Origin: Seison nebaliae
Lineage: Eukaryota
DNA length: 28,628 bases
Reading direction: 5' to 3'
Assembly: GCA_023231475.1 (NCBI GenBank)
Contig: JALJEE010002379.1
Location: 62,001-90,628, forward strand
The notes beneath the pieces are model-generated. The model ran no database searches. It was not told the origin of the DNA and worked only from the letters and a program-made list of their open reading frames with translations. The position numbers were made by a program, and so were the translations under genes. Below are positions 1 to 13,200 of this stretch, piece after piece. Position 1 is the first letter of the stretch. Each line of letters opens with the position of its first letter.

Positions 1-2343
1 GAAAGTCCATCAAATTTTTTTAGGATATTATCATTTTATTTGTGAGATTTGTTGACTGTGGATCACCACAATTTCATCACAATGGTTGGCAAGGTTTGTT
101 TGGTGTATAATAAAAATGAAGAATGGTCGAATTAGATGGTGAGTATGTGAAGTTTAATTAGTCATCATTCATCTGACCATCATCAGTTAAATACAAATTA
201 TACATATTTGATTTAATGAAAAATAATTTCGATAAGTTAAGTTGAATATTGTTGAATAATTGAGTTGTCCTCTGGTAAGACAAGGAGATGCTTGTCAAAC
301 AGGAAATGAATTGATAATGAAAACAAATAAATGATTCTCTTTTGTCGATGACTCCATTGTTGTTGTTGTCGTCGATTTCAGTTATATTGGATGGTCGTTT
401 CGACGAAGGAGAGAAGAAGCTTTCGATCGTTTTTTCTATCAGATAACATTTCTGATGTCACCTATTTCTATCAGTACATTTCGACTGATGAGGAAGAAAA
501 AGAAATGTTGATGTTCTAATAATTCGATTATGAATGGGAGTGAAGAAAGTGACTTGAAACAATTAATAGAAAGGAAATTTCAGATTGTCCCCATCATTAT
601 TTTCCAATTAGGCTGTGAAGGATATGAGGAAAGAATATGAGATAAATTACTCGGAAAAGTGATTAGAAGAGAATTTATTAATTAAGAGAATCAATTCGCT
701 TATCAACTCCTAATTCAAAAGAAGTGAGAATAATTCGAACAAAATTCTCTCGTCCATCGACGAACGATTCGATATGTTATTATTCTTTTTTTCTTTTGAG
801 ATAAAATTCGAACGAATTGAAATACGTTTTGACCTCGAACCGATCTATTCAAATTAGAATGACTGAACATTATATCAATATTGTGTGAGAGATTCGAATC
901 GTTATTATCAATCACATATCCATTTGCCAATACGTGTATGGACGGGAGCGAGGTGTTTATAGAAAGAAATTGTTTAATTTCTAACACCATTTCCTTCATT
1001 GTATTTCATGATTATTAGACAATATTAACGATATATCAATCATTTTTTCATCTAATCAAATATTAATTGATCACGATCATGATAATCGCATTGATAAATG
1101 ATGAGCAAACTATCAAATTTTTTTTCACATTTTTCTTAGAATTTCTCATTCATTATTTCTGCACTCACCATCAAAATTCTTTCTCTAAATGATAAATGTA
1201 CAGGTAAACAAACAACGAATAATTCGTGTAGGTTCATCATTTCACGTCGTCGTCGATGTCGTCGTCGTCATCAGTTGGGGGTAAGCTTCATCTTTTTTCA
1301 CCGCCACCGCCAATTGACTTATATTTGTGGGTGAGGGATGATTAGAAGAGAATTTTTAGTTTCGATTTCGACGAGAGATTTGTATAGAGAATTCTAATTA
1401 TTTGAGATAAAGTGAAAGAGTTGAAAGTTATTTAGAGACATGCTAATCACTTCTTCATGTTAGAAGTGGAGATAAATATAAATAGAATGATATCATATAT
1501 GGATGATGACGTTACCTTGTCGAGATTTCGTGAAGCAGATGTCAGATCTTGTCAAAAGGAATAAGTCAGTTGACTTCGTATCCCCAATAGCTATGCCATA
1601 CATTTGTCGAGGTGTCGTATTCATAATTCGAGTTTGCAGAGATCACATATAATAGATTGATTGAGTGAGCTTAGGAGTATTGTGATTGTTAGTGAAATCA
1701 AGTGGATATAATCCTCAGCTACATAAGTCGATATCCATAAATCTACATAATATGATGTAGAGAAAATCGAGAAAATATTTAACGAACAAGTCAGATCTCT
1801 TTCTTTTGACATCGCATACTTCGATTCTTACACGATCTACATCGAACGTGGAGGATGGTGTTGACGCAACAATTATTGAATCATAATCTTATGGAGATAA
1901 TTTAGTGCTAACGAACATATAATGACGATGATTGTTGATTTGTTATATAAACAAATTCATCAGAAGGATCAGAACTATTTCTCCCAAAGACGACGACTCA
2001 TTCAACTTTCAACAAAAACAAATTATTAGAACAAAAACATAACTTTCTCACTTATTTCCCTTATCCATTACTCCCCTCTATCCTTTATTATTCTCATCAT
2101 CCATTCTTTCTCCTCATCATAATAATTTGTCTTCTTCTGCTCACCTTTCTCATTACGATATCATTTATTTTCTGATTAAGATTATCATTTCGATATCATC
2201 TTCCACCATAATTATTAAACAATTCTCCTTCTGCCGCCCGAACGAATAAGGAAAAAAATAAACGGTTGGGAAAGAAACATTCGGAAGACACAAACCAAAG
2301 GAAGCAGTTGAAAAAGAAGAAGTAAAACATACATTCTTCTTTA

Positions 2344-5300
2344 ATGATGGATGATCATTATATGGATGAGGAGGAAGAACGTCTCAAACTTCTGGTTAGT
2401 GCTCATCTATCTATCTATTGCTGTTCACAATCGTTTTATTATTAGTGTTATTAAAAGAAATTTATTATTCACTAGTCATATATTACGTAAGAAGAGTTTA
2501 TTCATTTCCTACCTAAACTCTCATGAACAATTCTATTATGATGTTCCAGAAAGAATTGAAATAAAAATGGAAACAGTCATAAATCGATGAAGAATTGAAG
2601 AGAATGTTTATAACATTCTTTTTTTCATTAGGAGAAAAGAAAACTTTCATTTTCCATCTTGAATCTTCCATCTGATCTTATTCTCCAATTTCCACTTCCG
2701 TACAATCCATCATTACGACGATGAAACCTTTCTTTCTCAGAACGTTCTCTTTATATATGCCATCATCGAGATAATAAGGAAAAAGAAGAGAAATCCATCA
2801 AAACAGTCTCACAATCAATTTTCCTCTCGACTGACGATCCTATTCGTATTATTTCCTCTGTTTCCGTTAAAAATTATTCCCATTTCTTACTAATTTCTAA
2901 TATTTCATCCTTGATTCTTCTTGAAGACAAACACATCTCCAATTCATTCTCTCTTTTCCTTCCCTCTCATTTCTGCTTTCCATTTTCGCCTTTGAGCTAA
3001 TTGGCAGTCGGAAGCAGAAAATGTGCTTAAGATTTTTTTTTCCTGTAGGTGACCGTTAAATACATTAAGAATGTGTAATCATTATGTTCCTTTTTTGTTG
3101 ATTAGTGGATGTTGTTAGAGGAAGCGTTATACTTCTCCCTCACAAATTTGTTATTCTTTCCATTCACCGATCTTGAGATGTATTTTTAGGAAAAAATTTT
3201 AAAAAAATTTAAAGATTTGAAGATTTTCTTTGAAATAATTTCCTATATCTCTATCTATATAGCAAAGATAATAACTTCATTTCTTTCAGCTGAAAAGCAC
3301 CAAGGACTTCACCAAACGAAAAGAGATCAGACAACAACTTCGTGAATTGAGAAATAATGCCATTGGTTAGGATGATTGAATTAAGTTATTCTCTTACATG
3401 TGCTCCATTTAATCTTATTGTATAATTGTTGAGAGGCGAAGTGAACGCCCTCAAACCATCAACCTTCTCTCTTCTCTATCTCGAATTATTTTCCGTTTAA
3501 GCATTGATCAGAGGTCAAACTATCGACTATTCTACAACGCAACAAAATAAATCTTCCAAGTTTTCCACATTTATATTCCTCACAAACATATTAACTTTTT
3601 CTCCTTCTTCTTCTTCTTACCAGATTAACATCTCTAAAAGATCCACTTCGAACAAGTTAATTGATTTTTTTCTCCCCCTTCTCCATCTCCTCCTCCTCCT
3701 CTTTCCATTATTCAATTGATTGATTCTAAAAAAATGTTGATTGATTGTTTTTTTAAATATTTTCAATTTTGCTAATTATGTTTGAATTGTTTTAATTTGG
3801 AAATCTGCTTGACCCGAACAGATGGAGAGACTTCGAATTATTCTGGTAGGAATTCTGAAAAGAAAGAAAGTAATGGAATTGCCTTTCCACTCACTCGACC
3901 TGTACTTCGGAAGACTGTCACAAATGAACATCGACAAGAGAAATCGAATAGTAATCTTCCGTTTTCTGGAAACGATTTATTGTCGCAACGTACCAAATTG
4001 AGGAAGACTCAAAGTTTGTTGATTACTCCAAAAAATATCAAAGATGTAGAAACACATCGATTCGATGCGGAGGAGTGGAAGAAATTTGCAGCGCAAAGTT
4101 TACATGAAGACGCACTTCCATCAAATGGAATTGAAGATGGAAAGTGTGTGCATAATGAAAATTCTTCGACTAAATTGGAGAACATTGAAGAGATTGATGA
4201 TAATGAATATGAGATGAAATCAGGAAATGTATCAGAGAAATCTCATGAACCTGATGATTTGAAAGAAGATGAAGCACAATTTTTAATTGATCAAATAATG
4301 AATAATTCAAATGATCTTATTCAGGCAGAATCGATTAATGAGAATATAAATGCATCGTCGACAGATAACAATGAGAAATTGATAAATGATAAGAATAACA
4401 TATATGAGCACATTAATAATGGAATGAAAGATGAAGATCATTCTTTCATCGATCGGAATAATATTGATTTCAAAAATGATATTGACAAATTGTTAGGTGA
4501 CGACTTCCCATTGAATGAGAGTGAATTAATGGATGAAGATGAAGACGATGAAATTTATGAAAAAATTGATGTACAACCATTATATGAAGATTCGAATGAA
4601 ATTCAATTATCATCAAACGATAAAAATGAGGATATTGAAAAAATCGAAGTGTTTGAAAAAGTAAATTATTTGGACCCGATTCCAATTGACGATACATCAA
4701 ATGATGATAATAACATCATTCAAATAGAGAATATTTCTACTCCAACAAATATTATCAAAGAAGATCCGGAAGATAAAAATAATTATTTCGTCACAAACAA
4801 TTCCTCATCGAACGAACCATCATTATTAGTAATGGACGAAGTGGATAATTATGAGAAGAAGTTGAATGAAGAAATAGATATTGAAATAAAAAATGAAAAT
4901 AAAGATTTCGATTTTGGAAAAATGGATTTTCGTAAAGAATCGGAGGATAACGAAGATTTCGATGAATATGTTGATGAAAAAATAGAATTAAATGGAAATT
5001 ATGAGAAAACAAAATCGAATGAACATTTGGATGATGGAAATGAAGTTGAAAAGACATTCAATGAAATTTCAGATGGAATTGTCGATGATATTTATGAGAA
5101 ATCGTTTGATAATTTTGAAAATGAAACGAAATTATCAGACAAATCGAGAAACTCTCCAATATACGATGAAGTGTTAGAAGAGAAAGATAATAAATCGTCA
5201 AATTTAATTCCTGCGAAATTGAAGGATGAAAATTGTGAAATGAAACGGAATCGTACAAATATCGATGAGATTGAAGTGAGAAAGAAGGAAGATAATGAAG

Positions 5301-7453
5301 AAAGAGATATTAAAATAAAAGTTGTTACTCGATTATCTGGTTCAATTAAATCGGGAAGAGGATCAGAAAAATTATCATATACGAAAACCGATTCTGAAAA
5401 ATTTGGAAGTTCCATGAAAGAACCGGTAGAATTGGCATATTCGAAGAAAGTGAATGAGGAGAAGAAAGAGGAGATAGAGAAGATCATTCCAATTGGAAAT
5501 AATTTAGATAATTCAATTAAAGTTAATAAGATTCCTTCGATTGTGGGAAATGGAGAGCGAAATAAAATTATCGAAATTCCGATTCAAATGGAAACAACTC
5601 CGATAGGAGAAGAGAAAGTGAAATTGGAGAATAGTAGACCAATTAGTTCGAATGATTCAAGTCGACGAAATTCATTGAAAATTCATAATTATCTTCAATC
5701 GATTGACAAATATCAAAAACAAACGGAAAATTTTGTTTCGTCTGAATCGGAAGATTCGCCATCACTCAATGAATCGGTTGGAAAATCGGTAAAAAAGAGA
5801 CCACCTGTCACTCGGAATAATACTAATATTAAAGCAATGTTAGCTAAATTGACATCGTCAGCGAATAATTCTCGAAAGACGAGTGTTTCTTCTATTAAAT
5901 CATCTGATCGATCATCATTATCACAAATGAGTAACAACCAGACACCAGACAAAGACAAATGTGATTCAATTCAACGAGAGAAAAATTCGTCAAATGAGTT
6001 TGATAACACTAATCGATATTTGAAGGATCGAGCATCGTCAGTATCGATATCGGCATCGTCGACAACTGATAGAAGATCGAGAGGGAAATCGAGTATAATT
6101 TCTTCGTTGAAAGAACGTTATGAATCGAAAATAGATAAAAGTTCTTCTAACTTCCATCCGAAATATGAAGCGCAAGTTAAACATCTGAAAAATGGAAGTA
6201 ATTTTGGGAACGGTCCGAAAAGTCAAGAAGAGGAAAGTCATAAATCTTCTCTTTTGGATGATGGAAATCATAAGAAGATGAACGATAATGGTTTACATCG
6301 AATTAAAGTAATGAAAGATGAAACGGTTCTCAAACGGAAAACATTACATTCATCACCGCAAAAGATTGATAAGAGAAATACATTTAAAAGTGGAAATGAT
6401 GGGAAGTTGCGAGATAATTCTTATGAGGAAATTAAAGTGAATATTCAACCAAGATCGAAATCATCTCAAAATCGAGAAATTCAAAATAACGAAAAGAATC
6501 CGAGTGGGAAAGATGGAGATTCGTGGATAAAAATATCGGTGAATAAACGATCAGAAATTATTCGAAAAGAACGACGTATGATTCGCAATTCGGTTATGGA
6601 TAAAATCCATAAGTTAACTCACCAGAACGATGGTTCAGTAAATCAAGCGATCAACATATTGGGAGATGCAATTCAGAACCATTCGATACCAATAACAGAG
6701 AATAAAGTAAATGTGGAAAAATTGGAGATTAAACCAAATTACCAGAAACCGGAACAACTGAGCGGACGACATCTCAGTGTCAATGTAGGGAAGGATCATC
6801 GAAGTCGGAAGAGCGAAGAGAGATCGAAAGAACCGAAAAGATTACATAGATCAGTTCCCGATCAGGAAAAATTGTCAATTGTGAAACATAAACCAGAAAA
6901 ATTATCGCCCATGGAGAAGAAACCATCACCAAAAGTACCAGAAAATGTTCATATTTATCAATCTCCTAGAAGGAAATTGGGAGTTCATAACAAGAATCTG
7001 TCGACATTAAAAGGAGGAGCTACGATAGAGAAAGAAATATTTAGTGAACGTGAACGACCGGTATACGTTCAGAAAGTGATCCAACCAAGAGAAATGAACA
7101 AAGTGAAAAATAAAAATGAAATTAAACATTCTCAAAATTCTCCAAAGTCAAATCGCAATAATGGTAGAAATGAAAATGATTCAAATTTGCAACAAATTCA
7201 AAATAAACCTGAATCAATTCGAAAGAAAAATGTCTCTAATTCCAATATTTATACGAATCAGTCAACTAATCCGAAAATTATTCGAATCAATAAACAATTT
7301 CCTCATCTCAACAATTATAATCATAATAGTAACAATAATAATACGATAATAACTAATGGTAATCAACCTAAACATAACATAAATTACAACAACAACAGCA
7401 ACAGCAACAGCAACAACAACAATAATAATATAAATAAGAAAAACAATATAATT

Positions 7454-7493
<40 letters not shown>

Positions 7494-9860
7494 TTATCAA
7501 TTATGAACATAATAAAAATGATAAATTAATTGATAATAACAACAACAACAACTACGACGATTACAATAACAATTACAATAACAATAACAATAACAATAAC
7601 AATAACAATAATAACAACAACAGTAATAGAAATAAGTATAACAAAAATCCGAATCAGAATAATCATGTTAATGGAAAGGATGATGCTAATGAAGGATTGT
7701 GGACATGTGCTAATTCAGTGAAGATGAGGAGATCGAAAGAGAAAATTCGACCGATATATGTTGACCGTCCAGCGAGTAGTCATGAACCTTATTCGAATGA
7801 TGTTAAAGTAGTTAAGAGTACGTATAGTCGTGTTCATTTGCGTCAACCGGAAAATTATCATGAAGGAAGAACATGTTCCCAAATACGACGACCGGAAAAT
7901 CGGATTAATGAAATTAATTCAGGAAATGATCAATACCAAAACGGTGCACTTCCACCATCTCAACCGAAACGAAGAATTTCTACACAAATTCGAATTCATA
8001 TTCCATCGTATAAAAACAGTAACATTCGACGGAATGAGACTAATGAAGAAGAGTTGATTGAACAACGACAGAAAAAGAAGAGAAAGTCAGAGATATTTCG
8101 TTTAGTAAATCATGAGGAATTATTCTCTCCAATGGAGTTACGCGTCTCGACAAATCACGTCAACAAACCGACCGGTGTGAAAGTTCATTCCTCGACAAAC
8201 GATCGTCATTCGCCTCCGTTCGATTCACGTCAACCTCCAAATCATAAGAATGGTTATTATGATGAAGAAATTTATGAGAGTGTTGACCACCATGAAAACG
8301 ATTATCAATATCTCCATGATCCTCCCCAATCCATCTCGAATCATCGATATGGAAATGATCGAAATTATTATGATTCTCCTCCAAAGCCGAATCAATTGAG
8401 TGTGAATGTGAGATCGTTTGTGAAGAGGAATGACGATTATGATGATGAGAGATTATCAAGAAATCATCATGGAAATATCTATTATGAAAATCATGAAAAT
8501 AATCGACGACGAAATACGTTCCATGAAGAGAATTCATATGATAATTCTCGTCCACCAATTCACAACGATCGTGATCGAGATCATTTTTCTAATCGAAATA
8601 ACAGGAATAATTATGACGATGATTATGAGGAGATTCCGCAAAATAATCGAAACCGTCATCATAATCATGAGGTGTATAGTAAACCTCTAATTAAACATCA
8701 TCAACCGATGTACCATGTCTATTGTGTGATGTATGATGAATCAAATTCATTATCCACACAACAAACTTTATCAATTATAATACTTAATTCGATAATCCAA
8801 CAAATGCGACGACAGCGAGTCCTTCTCTGCATTTTCAATGTCCTTCATCGTCAGATCATCCTCCAACGACTAGTGAATCATAACAGAATGTGTTAGTTCA
8901 CGCAATCTTCTCTTTCGCTCAGGGTCAATTCATTTTTGTAGCCGCACATAAATCTTATTTCATTCACTTCACTTCACTTCTCCCATCTCCTTTCACCTTA
9001 TCTCATTTTTCCCATTTGTCAGCTTGTTCTTCTTCTTCTTCTTCTACTAACTACCAAAATAGGAATACTTAATACAATTCTTTCAATTTCATCAAACTTA
9101 TACCCCTTCCCCATTCCAACACCCACTACTAACACGAATATCTTTATTTGATTTGGATACTAAAAAAATTTTTCAAATTTCAAATAAACTCTCTTCAAAA
9201 TGAAACTCTATTTATACAACTCGTTCAATGATGTTGCAGTTCTACCATTCTTCTCCTTCAACAACATGCGAACCAAAGGTAATCCATTCCTCCAGAACGA
9301 TCAACAAAAGTTAATTTGAATTTTAATTCAAATTTAATAATTCCTCCATCTGTTAGTGGGGAGACTAAACGACCGATACGTTTCCAACACAATCCGAACA
9401 GTATCAAAGAAATCATGTTACAATGGTGTAAACGTGTGTGCAAAGGATATCCAGTTAACTTTAAAATAACTTCTCCTCCTCTTCATATTCTTTTTCTTAG
9501 AATGTTGACATGAGAAACTTCTCGAGTAGTTGGTGTGATGGAATGGCATTCTGTGCAATGATTCATCGATATTATCCGAATTCGTTCGATTTTAAGAAAC
9601 TCGATGCGAAAAACCGAAAGGAGAATTTCGATTTAGCATTCAAAACAGCAGAGTTTCCCCTCTCATTCTTTTTTTAATTTCCATATTTGACATTCCATTC
9701 TAGAGATGTTGCGGATATCGCACCATTATTGGAGACGGAAGATATGATATTGATGGGAGATAAACCGGACTACAAATGTGTCTTTACCTACGTGCAGAGC
9801 ATGTATCAGAAGCTGGCAAAGATGCCGCTGCCACCTTTACAGCTTGACTCGGACAATTAA
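2344..9860 (+). CDS. SMTN: Smoothelin-like actin-cytoskeleton protein, ~1890 aa if all exons join. Exons 2344-2394, 3290-3365, 3822-8891, 9240-9309, 9357-9453, 9501-9652, 9704-9860
   Basis: Exons 1-2 splice to MMDDHYMDEEEERLKLL|LKSTKDFTKRKEIRQQLRELR, matching the smoothelin N-terminal helix (DExxLxxLLExTxDxxERRxIRxAIRELx). The last exons splice to IKEIMLQWCKRVCKGYP|NVDMRNFSSSWCDGMAFCAMIHRYYP...FDLAFKTA|EDVADIAPLLETEDMILMGDKPDYKCVFTYVQSMY, a smoothelin-type CH domain. All junctions keep frame. The 3821 acceptor and the 8892-9239 intron joining the long exon to the CH exons are the least certain; the CH part could also start at ATG 9266. Confidence 0.8.
7381..7630 (+). repeat. Imperfect (AAC/AAT)n trinucleotide tracts encoding poly-Asn in the smoothelin-like long exon
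   Basis: Runs such as aataataataat and aacaataacaataac are visible and translate to NNNN tracts. Confidence 0.9.
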
Positions 9861-10209
9861 CCAGAAGAACAAACGAAGATGATAATACGTAACGAATTGA
9901 AATTCTCTCTTAACCAAATGAAAAACGATCTGCAACGCATATTAATTAAAAACCATAAAATTGATTTCTCAACCATTTTTTTTAAAATAAAATTTTATTT
10001 ATTAGCAATTATTAAAAAGAGATGATGGAATAATTAGTGAGATTCTGAAGAAAAAATTGTTTGAGATAATTTGAATATGTTTTATAATAATAAAAACTGA
10101 TGATGAAAATGATATAGATACAAGAATGAAATGGAATGGAACTTACAAAATTTAAATATGAAATCTACTCGATTTGGAATGAGAAAACGTTGTTATAGAT
10201 ATATGAAAA

Positions 10210-13200
10210 TTAAACAGTAGTACCAAAATCGGAAAAATATTTATTTGAAACATTTTCTTCTTCATTCTCCTCATTTTCATTTATATGACGTGATGGAACA
10301 TAATCACCTTCATTTCTCTGATGATAACGATTTCCATGATCATGTTGTTGTTGTTGTTGTTGTTCGGGCCAATTGGCATCAGGAGGTATGGTCATTGATT
10401 GATTTTCATCAATCATTTTCTCATCGATTCCATCATTATAAATGTTCTTCGCAGTGAATAATCGAACGAGTTTCTTATCCAAATAATAATCCGTCACATC
10501 ATCAGTACAATAACCGAAATTCAACGAGATAACATGAACAATGAGAAGAATGAGTAAGAACAAGATGATAATGACGAAACTGATAACCCAATTATATTGA
10601 CCATATCGTTGTGACATTTGACTTCGACCGAGTAATCGAATGGAAATTATTTTACTCGCTGTCTCACCATCACTAACACCATCAGTCAATTGACCGGTGG
10701 TGGAAACGACACGGAATTCATAAATAGTAGCTGATTGGAGATTACGAATATGAGCACGTTTTCCTTGAACGATATTCTCCGTTTTCTGCCACGGCGATTG
10801 ACCTTTGATACGATATTGAACGAAGAAGATTGATGAGATTAATAACATTCTTTCCGGTTTCCATTCGATGATAACCGAATTCATATCTTTCGATACCAAT
10901 GTAATATCAGGTGTTGATGGTTTATTATAATTGAGATTGAGTTGATTCATTTCATTTCTCATTTCCATATCACCAACTTTCACTTCGATCATTTCATCAA
11001 AACCGTTAATTGTACCATCATTCCCACTCAACGGTGTTACATAAAATCGATAATTGACATTTTGTTTAAGACCACCAATTAAGACGTTTGTAGTGGATGG
11101 ATGAATTAATCGATTATATTGAATAAGTGCTCCTTTCGGTTCTCGAATTCCATTCACCATCTGATAAGTGATACGATATCCGAATAATTCTTCTCTTTCC
11201 AAATCATTCGGATGTTTCCAAGATAATCGAACTCCAGTCAATCCATATGGATGTCCAATCAAATCATTCACAGATGATGCTCTTCCAGGAAGAGTTGTAA
11301 AAATTAAATGTTCACTTTCATCACTTCCATAAATGTCGTTGTAAACGATGGCGAATAAACGATATGTTGTATTCGATATGAGATTATTAATAATTGTTCT
11401 CGTTTCATTATTATAAACATCATGAAGATGATAAATATCACGAGATGTCGTATATGATTGTTGATATTCTTTATATAATTCTTCTTCTGTATAAATAAAT
11501 TTGAATCCTCTCAATCTCCCACGAATCTCATTCAAATCATTAATTTCTTTCCATCTTAATTCGATCGATCGATCAGAAACAACTTGTTCAATAATCTCAA
11601 CTCGAACACTGGGACGTCCCACACCCGAATATCCTTCATATGTTATCAGATCGTCAGTGGCATCTGACGTTCCCTGTTGATTATCAAGTTGATTGACAGA
11701 TTTGACACGATATTCGATTTTCTTATTTGGTTCGATATCTCGAATGACAATCGATGTATTTAATGGATTGAGAATATTGATTGATTTCCATCGTTTATCT
11801 TCAACTAATTTATATTGTACTTCATATCGGAATGTTGGTGCCGACCATTCTATCATTGGAATGACATCCCATTTAATAACGAATCGATTATTCGCCGTTC
11901 CATATCCGATGACATTTCTCGGATTTCTTTTCGGTTGACACATTCTCGTCGAACAAATCGGTGATATTTCACTTGCATCTGAATTACCTAATTTATTTCT
12001 AGCGAATACTCTGAACGTATAATTCACCCAACAATTCAATTGGATTGTCAATGTCGTTCGTTGTGAAGGGATTAAATGAGTTTTATATCGTTTTATTTGA
12101 CTGGAGGAATATGCAGCATTCGAATTCATTTTACTTCCATCACTACTTGCATTATTATATACATCATCAATTAACTCAACTTGGACAAGAATCCATTCAG
12201 GTGAGAACGATGTATTATAAGCAACAAGATAAGATAAAATTCTTGCATTATTATCTCCTCCTGGTTGCCATGTTAATGTGGCACGTGGTTCTGGTCGATA
12301 TTCTTCTCCTCTCTCACATTTCAATATGAGATTAGTAGGAGGATCAGGACGTGCTTGAACTACTAATGTTGCTGACGCTTTATCGATATCGAGATCTGTT
12401 TTCGCTACACATGTATAAGTTCCACCGTCATTATATTGAGTATCGAGAATGATGAGAGTATTTCGATCATCAACATCTTTTTGTATACGTCCATGATATT
12501 TTATAGGTTGATTATCTTTCAACCAATCAATTCTCACATTCATACTATCATCAGCCACAGCACTACATCGGAAAATCGCTCTACTTCCTTCTACTTTCTC
12601 CTGATTTTGTGGACGAATTTCTATTCGCGTCTCCTTCCTCACCAATATATGACCACTGGCTGAAACGCTTCCAAATCGATTTTCAGCAAAACACGTCCAC
12701 AAACCTTCATCCGCTGGTGACACATTATTAATCGTTAACATTCCATCATGACGGATTTTAAATCGACCTCCAGTTATCGATTGACCATCTTTCCTCCAAC
12801 TAATCTGAGGTGTTGGTGCACCAAAAACATTACAAGTGATATTAATATTTTGTCCACTTACTAACTTCGTCAATAATGGCGGTTTATTGACGATATCTGG
12901 TTTCTGATTGAGAACGTTCAAATAGAAATTTTCGAAAACATAGCCATATTCATTTGACGCGTTACATTGGAAGACTGCAGCATCCAAATCTTCAACTGCA
13001 TCCATAATAATTAATTTCGTTTCAGAAATCAAATATTTCCGATCACTATTCTTCAATTTCCTTCCATTCTTATACCATCGATATTGCGGTTTTGGATCAC
13101 CACCAGCACGACAATTAAATTCCGTATCGTCACCAATGGCGATGTTTTGACTTGTTGGTTTATTAATCCAGAATGGTGCGGATCTTACATTCACTTCAAT

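Noticed and set aside
715..999. 94-aa minus-strand ORF (MKEMVLEIKQF...)
   Set aside because: No recognisable domain and no in-frame splice partner found; may be a chance ORF. Not excluded, but unsupported.
1550..1811. Imperfect inverted repeats (TGTCAAAAG...TGACTT) about 250 bp apart, possible MITE; box C-like ATGATGA near 1503
   Set aside because: Match is short and gapped, no target-site duplication seen, and no box D (CTGA) at a suitable distance.
2581..2610. IDEELKRM-like stretch as an alternative smoothelin first exon
   Set aside because: Preceded by an in-frame TAA and lacks a phase-0 GT donor.
3782..3821. TTG start of the 1704-aa ORF in the track
   Set aside because: Intronic; the ORF is entered by splicing from the smoothelin-helix exons.
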